DNA of 64,000 nucleotides from the human T2T-CHM13v2.0 reference genome, Homo sapiens (GCF_009914755.1 NC_060929.1); one strand, 5' to 3'. Positions 24,796-40,608 are shown, numbered from the stretch's first letter. The notes: generated by a model from the letters alone, not told the origin. Translations and numbers: made by a program.

Positions 24796-27524
24796 TGAGA
24801 ATTTTTTTAGTGAATTTTAGAGATACTTGGAGGCTATTCTCCTAGCCATTGCCAGGCTCTCTCAATCCCCACAGGTGTCCAGGCAAGACATCAAAAACAA
24901 GTCAAAAAAAACCATGGCTGATCTTTTTAACCTCTTCCAAATTCAGTCTAATTGCCATCATTCTTGTTCTATAAAATTGATAGATCAGGTATTTGTCCAG
25001 TCTCATAGGATTTAAATCTATCTTTCATTGCTGTAAAGACAAAGTAATGCAATTATAATTAAATAAAGAAGTTGTATTTGTACCATCCTTACTGGTTGAT
25101 AAAACATCTTTATGGTTTACAAAGCATTTTTCATTTAATTAAAAGAACATTAAATATTCATTCAACAAACACTTTTTGACACCTCCCCCCATGGATATCC
25201 CTGGTGCCTAGCACAGTACTTGACATATAAAGAATAAGATACATTCTGTACCCTCAGGAAGTCCAGAGTCAAGTGGATGAGAAAAACAAGTCAACAATTA
25301 TTACAATAAGATAAAAGTGCAATTGAGAAATATGAAAGTATAGTGGTAGGCAGAAGAAGGAAAATAGACATATTAAGAATTCAAAGTTCAAAATGGTATT
25401 GCGGGTCCAATTTACTTATAAGTGTCTAGGCTACAAGGATGTCTAAGTATACATGCATAGATAGAAACATAATAAAATGGTTTTGATGGTGGTGGCAAGG
25501 CTGAGCGTAGCCACTATTGTGGGGGAACGGCTGCTGGTGATAAAGGTGATGATGACGGTGGGTTTCAGAAGACAGGGATATTTATTGGGTGATCGGAATT
25601 GGTATCCTTTCTTGCTACAGTACCAATTCTCAACCATCCCTGAGACCTCTCTCTTCATACATTCCAGTGGTTCACCATAGAGGTAATATCCATCCAGCCA
25701 CAGCAACAACAGCCACAAAATGTTAGCAGCAATGGCCTATTTGGTAACAAACCATGTGGAATTGCTGACAGCCTGTGGTCACTTAGAGATGCACCCAAAT
25801 GCCAAGAAATCAAAAACGAAGCCCTCTGCTCAAACCTGCCTTAGATTAGTTGAGGGCCATTTGCCTGACCAGGAGAAACAACGATAACTTTGAGGAGGGT
25901 GAGAAAGCCAGGAAGGGGAGGAAGAAACTAAACATGAATTGAAAGCAGATGACACAAGCCCCTGGCTCATATAACCCTGCAAGAAAGAGCATGAAACACG
26001 TTTCTTGCAGAAGGATGATTATCAGAAAGAAAAAAAAAAGATTGCAATAAATCCTAACCAAAACCAACAAAAGAAAATGTTGGACAGTTTGTTGGATAAA
26101 TATTCAGTAAGGCTGATCCAACTCACTGAGTTGTTATAAAGAACAGCTAATAAAAAAAGATTGTCAAGGACACTGCAAACATAGAAGAACTAACCAATAA
26201 TAAGAACATTAATAATAAGGGAGGACCTAGGAATAAAACCAATTCAATCAAGACCTACAATGTTGAGCAACTAGCACAGAAATAAAGAAAACAGATATGA
26301 CTGTCTGGAGGTGGTCCAAACAAACAAGAACCAAAACCACTTTTTTGCTCTTAATTTTTAAAAGAAGACAAGTTTACAGGGTATACGACTATAAATAAAT
26401 ATTAGCCAACGGGCTCTTGCTTTTCCCTAGAGACAGCTCCCTTGGAAACGACTTCCTGGATGGAGAGGGTAAGGAAGTTGAAGTCTCTTACTCTCCTCCC
26501 CAGAGCTCAGGGTCCATGACAGGAAGACTTCCCTCCCTAGTCTGACAATTTGGGATTGGAAAAAAAACGCTGGAAGGAATCCAAAGCTGTGGTTCATTTC
26601 ATTCTTTCATTCTCTGCTTTCGCCAAATGCTGACAATTACAAACAAATGTTTTCTTCACAAATACTTTCTTCTAGATGAACATTCTGCTCATTTTGGTTG
26701 CTTATGTATAAATGGCTTGAGAAACACTTTCTAAATCCCCAAGGTGACAGAATTTCCACGTAATGATAATGATTATTTAATATCATCATCACAATGGGCT
26801 GCCTGGGCAAATGAAATGCTTGCTGGGTCTAAAGCATTCACTCAAGTGAGGTAAATTAACGCTTTCCAGGGTACCAGATTTCCCGTTGGGACCCTAAAGA
26901 AGATAACTCATTACTCAGGCATTCTCTACCCCCAACACTGCTGTCTACCAGCAAGTTCTTCAGTTGCTTTAAACTGTCAGGCTTCTCAGCCAGTGCAGGG
27001 AAGTCCAAGAGAGATAAGAATACGCTGAAAAGGTCCACACTAGGTGGATATTTTTAGTCATCTGAAGACAGTCCAGGAGTTATAATCATCATAATAACCC
27101 ATGTGACGCAGCTCATCTTCCTTCTCAAAGCACTTACAACATGTTAATCATCCCCTTTGATCCTCACAATAATCCCTGAGGTATGCAAAGCAGGTATTAT
27201 TATAGTCAGCACCTGGCTATAGTAGCGAGAAGGACATAGACAAATGATATGGAGGTAAGCCTCAGAGACACAGAAAAGCAAGACAGGGTGTAGCAGGAAG
27301 AGGGAGCAGGCCCCAAAACCACTAGCATCAAAAGCAGTGAGGGTTTGGGACCAGGGTCCCTATGGAGTCAAACCGCATATTAGCACATGGAGACAGAAAC
27401 ATGACGAGGCTTGAGGGTCTCATTGGGTAGACTGAGTTTAAAAGATGATCTAGTGATGATTTACTGTTTAAAGATTATTGTTTCTATGGCCAAAATCAAG
27501 AAAAATGGAAATGAAAATGGACTC

Positions 27525-27720
27525 TGCATCCATTTTACTATTTGTACTATGTGTCAGGTGTTTTTCTATAAAATACTAACTCATTAAGTCTACACAACTA
27601 ATCTCTGCAAGACAGATATTATCAACCTATTTTATATTACAGATGAGAAGACTGAGGCCCAAAGAAGTTATGCTATTTGCCCAAGGTCACATATCTGCTA
27701 AGTGGTGCAGATGAGATTCA
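27525..27720 (-). mobile_element. MIR
   Basis: TTACAGATGAGAAGACTGAGGCCC..TTGCCCAAGGTCACA. Confidence 0.8.
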
Positions 27721-29164
27721 GGGACTAGGAGAAAGAAAGCAACAGAAGGTTGGGGGCACAGGCCGGGAATAACTGAGCCATAAGTTACAGGCAGCAACAA
27801 TAAGAGCATCTAGATAAGCATTTAAGAATAAGGAATGAATGCTTCCTGAGCCCTGGGCTCTATGTCCTTCCTGCCCAGAGCATCGCCTGCTCTTGAAGCA
27901 TATCAGAGGCTGGGCTCACAGAGCCTGGTGAGAGGGCCATCCGACTGAGGTGGAAGAGAGAGGATAACAGGCAAGATGATTCCTGGCCATTAGCACCCTT
28001 TCACAGAGAGGGAAAGTAAGTCCTAGGGAGGAAAGTTCACGAAAAAGCTGGGGAGAAGTTGCTTTTCTCCTGCAACAGCAAGGGGAAGCTATAATGTCTG
28101 AAAACAGAAATCTAGGAGGATCATGGTAGCCAGCAAGCAGTTTGCCTAAAGCGTTAGGTTAATGTTGGTGAGAGCCAGAGATGGTGGAAGGAAGTAGAAT
28201 GACCAGAGCCAAAGGAACATAAGAGAAGGCGTAGATTAGTGGAAAAAAGTCCTCTACTTTGGATTCCTTTGCTAGGACACCTTGGACAAGATACTTCTCC
28301 AAGCTCCATCCACAAAACTGAATCAATAAAATCCACCTCATTGTGACTCTATATATACGCGTCATCATAACAATACATATAGTCTGAGTGGCCGTTGTTA
28401 TTCTTAAACTTTTGAAAGAAGTTTTGATGTCGAGGTAGATGGTCTCCAGGGAGGGTAATGTAACAGGCAAGAATTTGGACTTGGAGTGATCTTCTTCTTT
28501 GCAGTTAATAAAATGTTTCTGTTGAAAACCTACTTTCACCAATCCTTATGAATTTCAACCTATGTCATTAGCAAGACTTGATTCTAAGAAGCACATAGAA
28601 AGCCATTTCAGTGACCTTTTCCTTCTTCGAGATTTATAGAACATGTTTCTTCTGACAAGCACGAACCATCATACTTTAAATAAAAAGGTTCCTCCTGGAG
28701 GGAGAATTAATCAAGAACAATAACATTCTGCCCAACCTTCTTAGCATGTAAGGGTCACATCCAGTAACAGTGTGTGAAGACTTCCAACAAATTGCCTTCA
28801 GTCTCTCTAAAAGATTTGTCCAACAGAGCCCATTTGTGCTTATTTCCGCAGAAACTTCGGGCACCAAGACAGCAGTTTCCAAGATGGAGATATAGCAATT
28901 GTAAGCAATGTTATTTATAGAATTATCTGCAAAGGTGCTTAGAAAGGTTCATCTTACAAGCCTGGAATAATTCAGAGAATCTTAGAGGTGGCAAGAACCT
29001 TGTAGACCACTAGGCCTAACCCCCAATCTAATCCCGATGTTCAGTGTCCTTCCAGAGCTAACATGAGGCTTCTTTGTATAGACCTGGGTTTGGGGAACTT
29101 ATTTCTAGAAGTGCTCAGAGGACTCTTAGAGCTGAATATAACAGTACCAGAGAGGCCGCCATAT

Positions 29165-29590
29165 GCAAAAACATGGATGAACCTAGATGACATTAGACTA
29201 AGTGAAACAAGCCAGACGCAGAAAGAAACGCACTTCATGACCTCACTTATATGTGGAAACTGAAAAAAGACATCAAGTGTATAGAAACAGCAGAAAAGTG
29301 GTTATCAGGGCTGGGAAAAATAAGGAGATGTAACATGAAGAGTAGAAAGTTGTAGTTCTGCAGGATAAATAAGTCTAGAGGTCTAATGTACAGCATGAAG
29401 ACAATACTTAATAATATTGTATTATATACTGGAAATTTCCTAAGAGAGATTTGAGGTTCTCTTATTACACAAAAAAAGTACCTGTGAGGTAAGGGATACG
29501 TTAATTTGCTTAACTGCAGTAATCACTTCACTATGTATATGTGTATCAAAGCATCATGTTGTACAACTTCAAGTTATACAATTTTAAAAA
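29165..29590 (+). mobile_element. L1MA/MB-type 3' end
   Basis: AACATGGATGAACCTAGATGACATTAG..AAGTGAAACAAGCCAG and L1M 3'UTR. Confidence 0.85.
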
Positions 29591-29691
29591 TGTGTAAATG
29601 CAATAGTACCAGGAGCCACTAAATGATTCATATTCTAATCCTCTAATTCTAGTATTATTTCTGAACATTTATATTTTATATTAATATAATC

Positions 29692-29999
<308 letters not shown>

Positions 30000-31516
30000 T
30001 AATATGCACACAGCCTTGCAGTGCTTAGCCCCTCTGTGAATAGGCCCAGCATATCCTCTTCATCTTCTCCCCCTCTGCCAAGTCCCCTCCACAGGCCACA
30101 ACACTGGTCACCCTCCAAACACAGACCCAGAGTGAGCTGAGCACAATGGCCATGAGATGATCCTCCCTCCATGCCCTCCCATCTGTCAAGTGAGGACAGG
30201 GGAGGGCTGATGCCTAAAACCAGACCAGTCAGACTCCAACTCAGCCCTGTCCCTGTCCTTTGTCATCTGGCAGCATTCTGTCACAAGGCATTGCAAGTGG
30301 ACATTAGTTTACTTAAGGTTCAGCATGGAAGGCCACCTGGCCACCAAAAGCTGGCAAAGAAATGAGGACTCCTGGCAGGTTATAAGCAGCCTGCAGCAAC
30401 TCCTGAGGACCTGAAAGAGGCTGCAGAATAAACTTGGGCTTCCCTCTTTACAACGTGATGTGGGATGCACAGTGCTTCTGTCATAGAGTCAGGCAAACTT
30501 TATGTGTGGCTGTTAAAGTAGGGAGCAAACCTTGTGCTCTAATCTGTCTGATAGATTAGCCAGGAAAATATCACTGAAAACATTCCATGGAATTTGTTTT
30601 AAGGTTCCCAGTCAGCACAAGCTATTAAAAGGAAACAAAGTCATAGCTTGCTCCTCAGTAAGTCTTATCTTTCTGTTGTCTGAGGATTTCCCATGATATT
30701 AGGATAAGGTTTGTATAATGTTTGCTTCAGGTGACTTAGTCATCATTAGAGGTGGAGAAGAGGGAAAAACTCAGTGGGTTATTTCTGCCTAAATGCCCCC
30801 TCAAAGCCGCCAACTGCTTGACCTGGCTTAACTCGAACAACTAGAACAGTGGTTTTCTTTTTCTTTTTTAGAATGGGTGGCTCTCCAAACTTGAAATGGG
30901 GAGAGGGGCCTGAAGATGCAGTGGTATGACTGAAGCTACCAAAACTGTCACCCAATACCATCCTCCTCTGTTTCAACACAAAAGAGAATCAGTTTTGAGA
31001 GCACAACCTTAGAATAAACTGTGTTAGACCTAAAGGTTGCAGGGAACTGGAAAGCCTAGCTGAACTCTCCCTGGCAGAACAAGCAGCTGGCGAAATCATT
31101 AACTAGCAGTTCTCTCCTGCCCCACAGTGCCCTTGGTTGCCCAAAGGCCCCCTGAGCCCAAGACTCCAGGTCTTTCCTTTCCTCCAAGTCAGCTTCTTCT
31201 GTGTCCTGTTCCCTCAGAGCAAAGCACTGTACTTTCCAAGGTAACACCTAGCTAAGCTAATATAATCTAATCTGAAAGACTTAGTATTATTGGATTATTA
31301 TGCTATTACTCCTAGAGAATACAATTTGCATTCTAGAGACACACAGGCTTAAACTGAAGGAGTGGGAATTTCCATTACACTGTCAGGAGAGGAAGGGATG
31401 CAATTTTACAAGCGGTGGGAATTTCAAGACCAAATGTTAAAACTTAAAACAGCCTTGCCTGTTCCTACAGCTGGGAAGGTTTTGAGTTTCATTATTTAAA
31501 AGCTACCAACTCAACA

Positions 31517-31810
31517 GGCCCGGTGACTCACACCTGTAATCCCAGCACTTTGGGAGGCCAAGGCAGGCAGATCACCTGAGGTCGGGAGTTCGAGGCTAGC
31601 CTGACCAACATGGAGAAACCCCCGTCTCTACTAAAAAATACAAAAAAATTAGCTGGGTGTGGTGGCACATGCCTGTAATCCCAGCTACTCGGGAGGCTGA
31701 GGCGGGAGAATCGCTTGAACCCAGGAGGCGGAGGTCGTGGTGAGCCAAGATCATGCATTGCACTCCAGCCTGGGCAACAAGAGTGAAACTCTGTCTAAAA
31801 AAAAAAAAAC
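31517..31810 (+). mobile_element. AluSp-like
   Basis: GAGGTCGGGAG..CTGACCAACATGGAGAAACC; A-tail; CTACCAAC on both sides. Confidence 0.95.
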
Positions 31811-32019
31811 AACTACCAACCCCTGCCTCTACGTAATCTTTTTTTCTAAAATGTTCCCCCATCTCCTCAGTATTGATGTGTTCAGAGGCTCTGGGCTTTC
31901 TTTTGACCTGAGTAATAGTAATGATTGGTCATGCCAGAGCTGTACTTCATCAGTGGGTTTTTTAAAATAATATTTTAAAAATAATACTACCTCCCCAGTT
32001 ATTTAAAAGTAACCATGCC

Positions 32020-32307
32020 CTTGTTCTCACTCATAGGTGGGAATTGAACAATGAGAACACTTGGACACAGGAAGGGGAATATCACACACCGGGGCTTGTC
32101 GTGGGGTGGGGGGAGGGGGGAGGGATAGCATTAGGAGATATACCTAATGTAAATGACGAGTTAATGGGTGCAGCACACCAACATGGAGCATGTATACATA
32201 TGTAACAAACCTGCATGTTGTGCACATGTACCCTAGAACATAAAGTATAATTTAAAAAAAAGAAAAGAAAAAAATTTAAAAATTAAATATAAAAAAATAA
32301 AAAAATT
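32020..32307 (+). mobile_element. L1PA3/4-like 5'-truncated 3' end
   Basis: Young L1 3'UTR with G-rich tract and A-tail; perfect TSD AAAGTAACCATGCC (32006-32019, 32308-32321). Confidence 0.95.
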
Positions 32308-32739
32308 AAAGTAACCATGCCTTACATTTAATTCTTTTAATTTTGGTCTATTTTTTAATAAACCTAATAAGCTGCTTCAAAGATATGCAAGAACTCTTAG
32401 AAATAACTACCACTTATTGTATATATACTAGATGTCAATATAGTATACAATAGACGCTAAGCCAATTATATATTTGGTCTCATGACACACAACCCTATGA
32501 ACTAGATGCTACTATTTCTTTTCTTTAGGCCTGAAAACTGATGTTCTGAGAATTTAAATAAATGTAGCCAAGATCACAGTAGTTGAAGTGTTGGAGGAAG
32601 CATTCAAACACAATTCTGTCTGCATTCAGAGCCTGCCGTCTTAATTACGAACTTTTCCTACCAGCTAAGGGAAAGGCAGTGTAGGGACAAACAACAATAC
32701 TTCTACTATCTTGAGTTTAACAATCTTGCAGTAAGTGAG

Positions 32740-32910
32740 GTAGTAACTCCCAGGTGTGGTCCCTGAAACAGCAACATCATCATCCCCCAGCAAAGTTGTT
32801 CAAACTGCAAAATTTAGGGCCCACCTCAGACTTTAAAAATCAGAAACCCTGGAGATGGAACCCAGCAATCTGTGTTTCAAGACACACGCTTAAGTTTGAG
32901 AACCCATAAA
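32740..32910. mobile_element. MER5A-like
   Basis: GTGTGGTCCCTG..AGCAACATCA..AATCAGAAAC..CCCAGCAATCTGTGTTT..AAGTTTGAGAACC. Confidence 0.7.
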
Positions 32911-32919
32911 CTAAGCATC

Positions 32920-33289
32920 TGTATTAGTCCATTCTCACACTGCTATAAAGAACTACCTGAGCTTGGGTAATTTATGAAGAAAAGGGGTTTAATTGACTCA
33001 CAGTTCCACAGTTTTAACGGCAAGCATGACTGGGAGGCCTCAGGAAACTTACAATCATGGTGGAAGGTGAAGCGGAGGCAAGCAGCTTCTTCACATGGTC
33101 ACAGGAGAGAAAGAGAGAGAAAAGGGGAAGTTCCACACACTTTTAAACCCTCAGATCTCTTGATAACTCACTCACTATTACAAGAACAGCAAGGGAGAAA
33201 TCTACCCCCATAATCCAACCACCTCCCACCAAGCCCCTCCTCCAATTCAACGTGAGATTTGGGCGGGGATACAAATTCAAATCATATCA
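32920..33289 (-). mobile_element. MaLR solo LTR (THE1D/MSTA-like)
   Basis: TGTATTAGTCCATTCTCAC...CATATCA with 5-bp TSD GCATC. Confidence 0.9.
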
Positions 33290-33742
33290 GCATCAGTGTG
33301 AATACTTTGGAAATGGATCAATCACAACTGCTTTTTTAAACATTCATTTCTTGAATAATTCTTTTTCAGTAGAAACTTGCACATAATTTTATTCTAACTC
33401 CAGAGAGATTTGAACAAACATTGTTGCCACATGCTTGACAGGTGTGTAACATTGTGAGTGGAAAAGAAGTAATCAAGAGAAAACCATTTCTCAAAATCCT
33501 GTGAGGTAACCTAGTACAACTGACTTTAAAAGCAGTGTAACAGGTGTTTCTGAGTTTTACAAGATGAAGAGTTATCTAAGTTAGTTATATAATACCTAGT
33601 GAGTTCCCAGTAGTCTCCTCCCTGTCTGTGCAAAATTACAAGGAACGGCGTTGAAAAGCACCTGTAGGGCTCATTTGACGAGCCTGCCTCACCCTTCCTC
33701 TTCGCTCTGTGCTGCTTCTTTCTCTAATCAAAATAAGACAGG

Positions 33743-34048
33743 GGCCGGGCATGGTGGCTCACGCCTGTAATCCTAACACTTTGAGATGCTGAGGCAAGTG
33801 GATTGCTTGAGCCCAGGAGTTCAAGACCTGCTTGGGTAACATGGTGAAATACTGCCTCTACAAAAAATACAAAAAAATTGGCTGGGTGTAGTGCTGTGTG
33901 CTGTAGTCCCAGCTACTCAGGAGGCTGAGGTGCAATGATCACTTGACCTGGGGAAGTCAAGTCTGCAGTGAGCCGTGATCGGGCCAGTGCACTCCAGCCT
34001 GGGAGAGAGAGTGAGACCCCATCTCAAAAAATAAAACATAAAAAAAAA
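33743..34048 (+). mobile_element. AluJ
   Basis: GGATTGCTTGAGCCCAGGAGTTC J diagnostic; A-tail. Confidence 0.9.
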
Positions 34049-34742
34049 TTAAGACCGAGAGGCCAGCTTTGGTCTGGGTGACACTACCAGTTTGGGGTCT
34101 TCCACTCCCTCTAGCTGGAGAACCTCTGGGCAATCGCCCAGTGTGCAGGTGCTCTGTGCACCTGCCCTAATGACTCAGGTCTGGGAATGGACCATTTTCC
34201 AAGAGGCAGGCTCTACATTCAGTTTCTCAAAACCCTTGTGTCTTCCATTTCCTTGAAGTTTGTTCAATATTAGCCTAGGTGTGCCCTGAATAAAAGAAAA
34301 TAGAAATTCATGGCATCATTTTGTCTTTACCTGAAAAAGAAAAACGATTTGAGTTGGTTTTCAAACAGGGCCAGAGGTCAGAAGTCGAAGGGCAACTTCC
34401 TTGCTGGGGCTGAGTCAGTGACTTCAACCTTCTCAGACCAGGGTTCAGCTGTGCACACCCTGCTTCCTGCAGGGAAGGAGTTGTTCTGGTAGAAAACAGT
34501 TTGGATTCTACAGGCCAGTGGTGCAATTCCAGCTCAGGAAATTGCTAGCTCCGAAGCAGTTGTTCCTCCGTGTCTGACTTTGGGCGATGTATTTCACATT
34601 CTTCAGCCTGGTTTCCTGAACTGCACTGTTTGGGATGGAAAGGGCAGGAATATCAACCCAATGAGAATGGAGAGAAGTAGGACTCAGTGGCCTAACCTCA
34701 CTAGACTACCTCAGGAAATGCTAAATTAATGTCAGCACTGCC

Positions 34743-35025
34743 GGCTGGGCATGGTGCCTCACAGCTGTAATCTCAACACTCTGGGAGGCTGAGGCAGGTG
34801 GATCGCTTGAGCCCAGGAGTTCAAGACTAACCTGGGCAACATACTGAAATCCCGCCTCTGCAGAAAATACAAAAATAGCCAGGCATAGTGGCATGTGCCT
34901 GTAGTCCCAGCTTCTCAGGAGGCTGGGGTGGGAGGATTGTTTGAGGTAGAGGTTGCAGTAAGCTGAGATGGCGCCCCTGCACTCCAGCCTGGGTGACAGA
35001 GTGAGACTCTGTCCTTAAAAAAAAA
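34743..35025 (+). mobile_element. AluJ
   Basis: GGATCGCTTGAGCCCAGGAGTTC; A-tail. Confidence 0.9.
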
Positions 35026-35889
35026 AGTGTTGGGGTAGGGGGGTGGTCAGTGCTTTTCCTCTTCCCCTTGAAAGTAATGAGACAGATTTTCACCTGACTT
35101 TTTGGGAACACTAACCTGAAAGAGCAGTCACCAGGGGTCATATAAACAGGGTTTACGGCCCGATCATCTCACAAGCATATCCCAGAAAACTGGGATATAT
35201 GTGTGTGGTTTCTAATCTTGAAACACAGGACAAGGCCAGGATGCCTCATACACTGAAGAAGGGAAAAACTATAATCCCTGGTTCTGGATCAAGTCACAGG
35301 CTTTCTCCTCAGACCTCTGGGGAATGCTGGACTCTCTTCCTCTCCACAACACCCCACACATAAACACACTCAAAACACAGACAAATTCAGTATTCAGCTA
35401 ATCCCTAAATATTCAAGGGAGCGACACACCAATCCACTGCAGAGAAGAGAAACACCACACTCGGTGCCCGGCTGTGAAGTTTAAAACCTTTCCCGGAGAC
35501 ATTTGTATTTTTCCCAAAAGGAGAGAGCCCTCTGCTGGTGAATGGACACCGTGCTGGGGAAGGGTGACCGGACTGTCCACGTTAAGTCACCCTTACCGGC
35601 TGTTTGCTCCTTTTCAGGCAGCAAATGTGTAAGTTATTACCAACTGGCTAAGTTTTCATCCGTGGCAGGAACAAATTCCAGTATTATTTAATGAATGTTG
35701 ATGGTACAAAGCCCAAATCCCATAAAACCCTCTTGGCTGGACTGATTACAGTTTACTACAGCAAAAAGCGGGGAAAAAGAGAGGATACAAGAACTTTTTT
35801 CGGCTCTTCCATAGTTCATGGATAATCTCCTCGAAATGTTTCATGCAGACGGCTCTGCCCAGTATTTGGGCTGTAAAAACATCGTGTCA

Positions 35890-36560
<671 letters not shown>

Positions 36561-36649
36561 GATGTGACTATTTTAATCAAACATTAAGTCGTTTTTAAAT
36601 GACAGCCAGAATGGGCATGAAGTTTCCTTTTACCCAACACTTTGATAAC

Positions 36650-36870
36650 AATTAACATTTATTTAGCACTTACTATGTGCCAGGCAACATGCTAAACGCC
36701 TTAGGTGCATTAACTCATTTATTTAACCCTCACAACTACCCTATAAGGTAGGAACTATTCCTGTCATCCACATTCCAGAGACAAGGAAACTAAGGGACAG
36801 AGAGGTTATTGGCCCAGGTTCACACAGAGAAGGCCTCTCAGCAGGCTGACTCCAGATTTCTGCACCAACA
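36650..36870 (-). mobile_element. MIR
   Basis: AGCACTTACTATGTGCCAGGC..CCTCACAACTACCCTATAAGGTAGG. Confidence 0.8.
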
Positions 36871-37019
36871 CCGTTCTATGCAGCTGCTCCAGAGAAAGTG
36901 TCTCCAACACAGTAAAGCTGATATCAGAGAATATTGTTGGCTAAAATTCCAGGAATCCTGAAGTTTGGAGAAATCCTTTACTAGTGGTCTCAAACATGAG
37001 ATTTCCTTTGATTAGACAA

Positions 37020-38690
37020 ACGTACACCATTATTCACAAACATACACTCATAGATTCTCACAATTCAAACATGCATACATTCTCACATTCACACATACTC
37101 ACACATCCTAAACTCACACACACATCCTCTCACGCAGTCACACTCATATATCTCACACAAATTCACACTCACATCCTCTCACACACATTCACACTCACAT
37201 CCTCTCACACACACATCCTCTCTCACACACACTCATCCTCTTACACACACATCATCTCACACACTCACACACATCCTCACACAGTCACACACATACATCC
37301 TCTCACGCACTCACTCTCATACATCCTCTCACACACACATCGTCCACATACACATCCTCTCACACACGCACACACATCCTCTCACACACATACACACATC
37401 CTCTCACACACATACACATACCTCCTCACACACACACATTCTCTGACACATACACATACCTCCTCCCACACACACACACATCCTCACACACATCTTCTCA
37501 CACACTCACACACATCTTTTCACACACATCCTCTCACACACATCCTCACACACACATACATCCTCATATACACACATACATCCTCTCACACTCACACACA
37601 TCCTTTCACACACACATCCTCTCACACATTCACACACACAATCCTCTCACACTCACAGTCATACATCCTCTCACACACACACATCCTCATACACACACAT
37701 CCTCTCACACACACATACCTCCTCTCACACACACACATCCTTTCACAGACACATCCTCTCACACACACACGTCTTCTCACACACTCACACATCCTCACAC
37801 ACACATACATCCTCACATACACACTCATACATCCTCTCACACACTCACACACATCTCTCACACACATCCTTACACACACATATCCTCTCACACACACATC
37901 CTCTCACACACATATACATTCCTTCTCTCACACACCCTCTCACACACTGACACATCCTCTCACACATCCTCACACACACATCCTCACACACACTCACATC
38001 CTCTCACACACACATACATTCACACAGTGACACACACATCCTCTCACACACATCCTCTCACACACTCACACACATCCTCTCACACACACACATCTTCTCA
38101 CACACATATATCCTCTCACACACATTCATACATCTTCTAACACTCTCACACACATCCTCACTCACACTCATACATCCTCACACACATACATCCTCTCACA
38201 CACACATCCTTTCACACACACATCCTCTCACACATTCACACACACAATCCTCTCACACACTCACAGTCATACATCCTCTCACACACACACATCCTCATAC
38301 ACACACATCCTCTCACACACATACACATACCTCCTCTCACACACACACATCCTTTCACAGACACATCCTCACACACACACGTCTTCTCACACACTCACAC
38401 ACACATCCTCTCACATACACACACATCTTCTCACACACACATCCTCTCACACACTCATGCATCCTCTCAAACACACACACATCCTCTCAAACACTCACAC
38501 ACCTCTCACACATTCACACACATCCTCTCACACACACACATCCTCTCACACACACACACATGCCCTCTCACACACACACATCCGCTCACACACACACCCA
38601 CTCACACTTACACATCCTCTCACACACTGACACATTCCCACATACACTCATACCCACTCCCACACCCACTTGCCAACTCAAACACACCCT
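37020..38690. repeat. Degenerate (CA)n/CACATCCT(CT) low-complexity tract, ~1.65 kb
   Basis: Continuous CACACACATCCTCTCACACA-type units; plus strand almost devoid of G. Confidence 0.97.
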
Positions 38691-39436
38691 CACACCTTCT
38701 CTGGCTCCAGCCTACCCTCTCCTCTCTCCCGCCCCACACAGCCCCAGAGCGTTGGTCCTGGTACACTCCAGTCCAAGGATTCCTGGGCCTCTCTCAGGCC
38801 CACTCTCCCTTTGCCAATCTCAGGATCTCCTCTCCATGCATCAGCCTCTCCTGACTAAAATGTGGGCGTCCGTATTTCTGTTCCACACAACCCACTTCTA
38901 CCTCCTAAACGTGCTCCACACACATTTGCACAAAGAACTAATAACACTGGTTACTATCATTAGTGCTCCATGCTACCCAATTCCAGCTTTATTTCTCCTG
39001 ACAACAAAGACTTTCTCTTCCTCAGGACCTTAAGAGGGAAAGATTGTTTTTCCATTCTACTTATACTTTCAGCTTCTCTGCTTGCATAGTGAATGAAGAA
39101 TTTCATGCAATTTCATTTTTGACAAGAAAGAGTTACAACCTTCCATCTATCTTAGGACAAGCTGCAGCGCATCTCCTCCCGGTGCTGGAGGACGCACAAA
39201 CACTGTGAGACCAACATTTTGTTCTGCCAACAAGCCATTTAGTGTCCCTGGAGCACTGACCTGCAAATATGCTAGATGCAAAACCATTTAAAAGGGAGAA
39301 TGAGATATAGCATTTGACACATGCACTTTTCATTTTTGGGGAGGGGTTGGCTTTACAACATAACAATTCTTGAACATTTTACTGCGGCCCCAAACTCCCT
39401 GTTGCTCTGCTGTTTCAAATTCTGAAGGCCGAAAAT

Positions 39437-39464
39437 CTATGTCTATGTCTATGTCTATGTCTGT
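39437..39464. repeat. (TCTATG)n microsatellite
   Basis: About 4.5 copies. Confidence 0.9.
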
Positions 39465-39508
39465 GTTGTACATTATTTTATTATATAGTGGCTGTAAAAG
39501 GATATCAA

Positions 39509-39950
<442 letters not shown>

Positions 39951-40069
39951 CTGTCTCTAATTTTTTAAAAAAAAGAATATCAAAATGCCAGAATGCCAGG
40001 TATTCATCTGGAATTGTTCCATTTATAATGATTATTAACATTAAAAAGTACTCTTAAGTCCATTAAAAG

Positions 40070-40220
40070 TTCATCATCTCATTTAATGTCCCTCTGTAAC
40101 ATTGATGTTATTGTTCCCATTTTACAGATAAGAAAGCTGAGGTCACAAAAAGGAAAGTGACTGGTCCAAGTTGAAATTGATCGTAATTAGCAGAGCCAGA
40201 AGTTGAAACCAGTTCTGTTT
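40070..40220 (-). mobile_element. MIR
   Basis: CCCATTTTACAGATAAGAAAGCTGAGG. Confidence 0.75.
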
Positions 40221-40608
40221 TATTATAAATCCACACCACACTTTGGATCACACATCATCAGTGGCCCAAACTCTCAGCTCTTGCAAATAAAAATAAATCA
40301 ACAGTTTTTAGTGTCAAGTCTCTGTACAACATGTGCTGGTCCACATTTCATGCCTTGGGGCTAGTTATTGCCTTGTATTAATTATTATCTTTCATGTAGA
40401 CTTTGCCTCCTAAGTAGTAACTAAATTGCTAACTCTTTATAGTCAAAAATATGTGTTTTCCATCTTTGTGCCCCACACTTAGAAGAGCTTTTTGCACATT
40501 TAGGTGATTTTTAGATCACCACGATAATGATAGTAGCTTTCTGCCTCTCTAGACTGCCCAACAATCTCTGGACAAATCAGGCCTCTCTGCCTATAAAGAT
40601 GTGATGCA

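Noticed and set aside
36984-38030. 348-aa His/Thr-rich ORF
   Set aside because: Arises from a G-less CA/CT repeat in which stop codons are rare; non-ATG start; no domain-like content.
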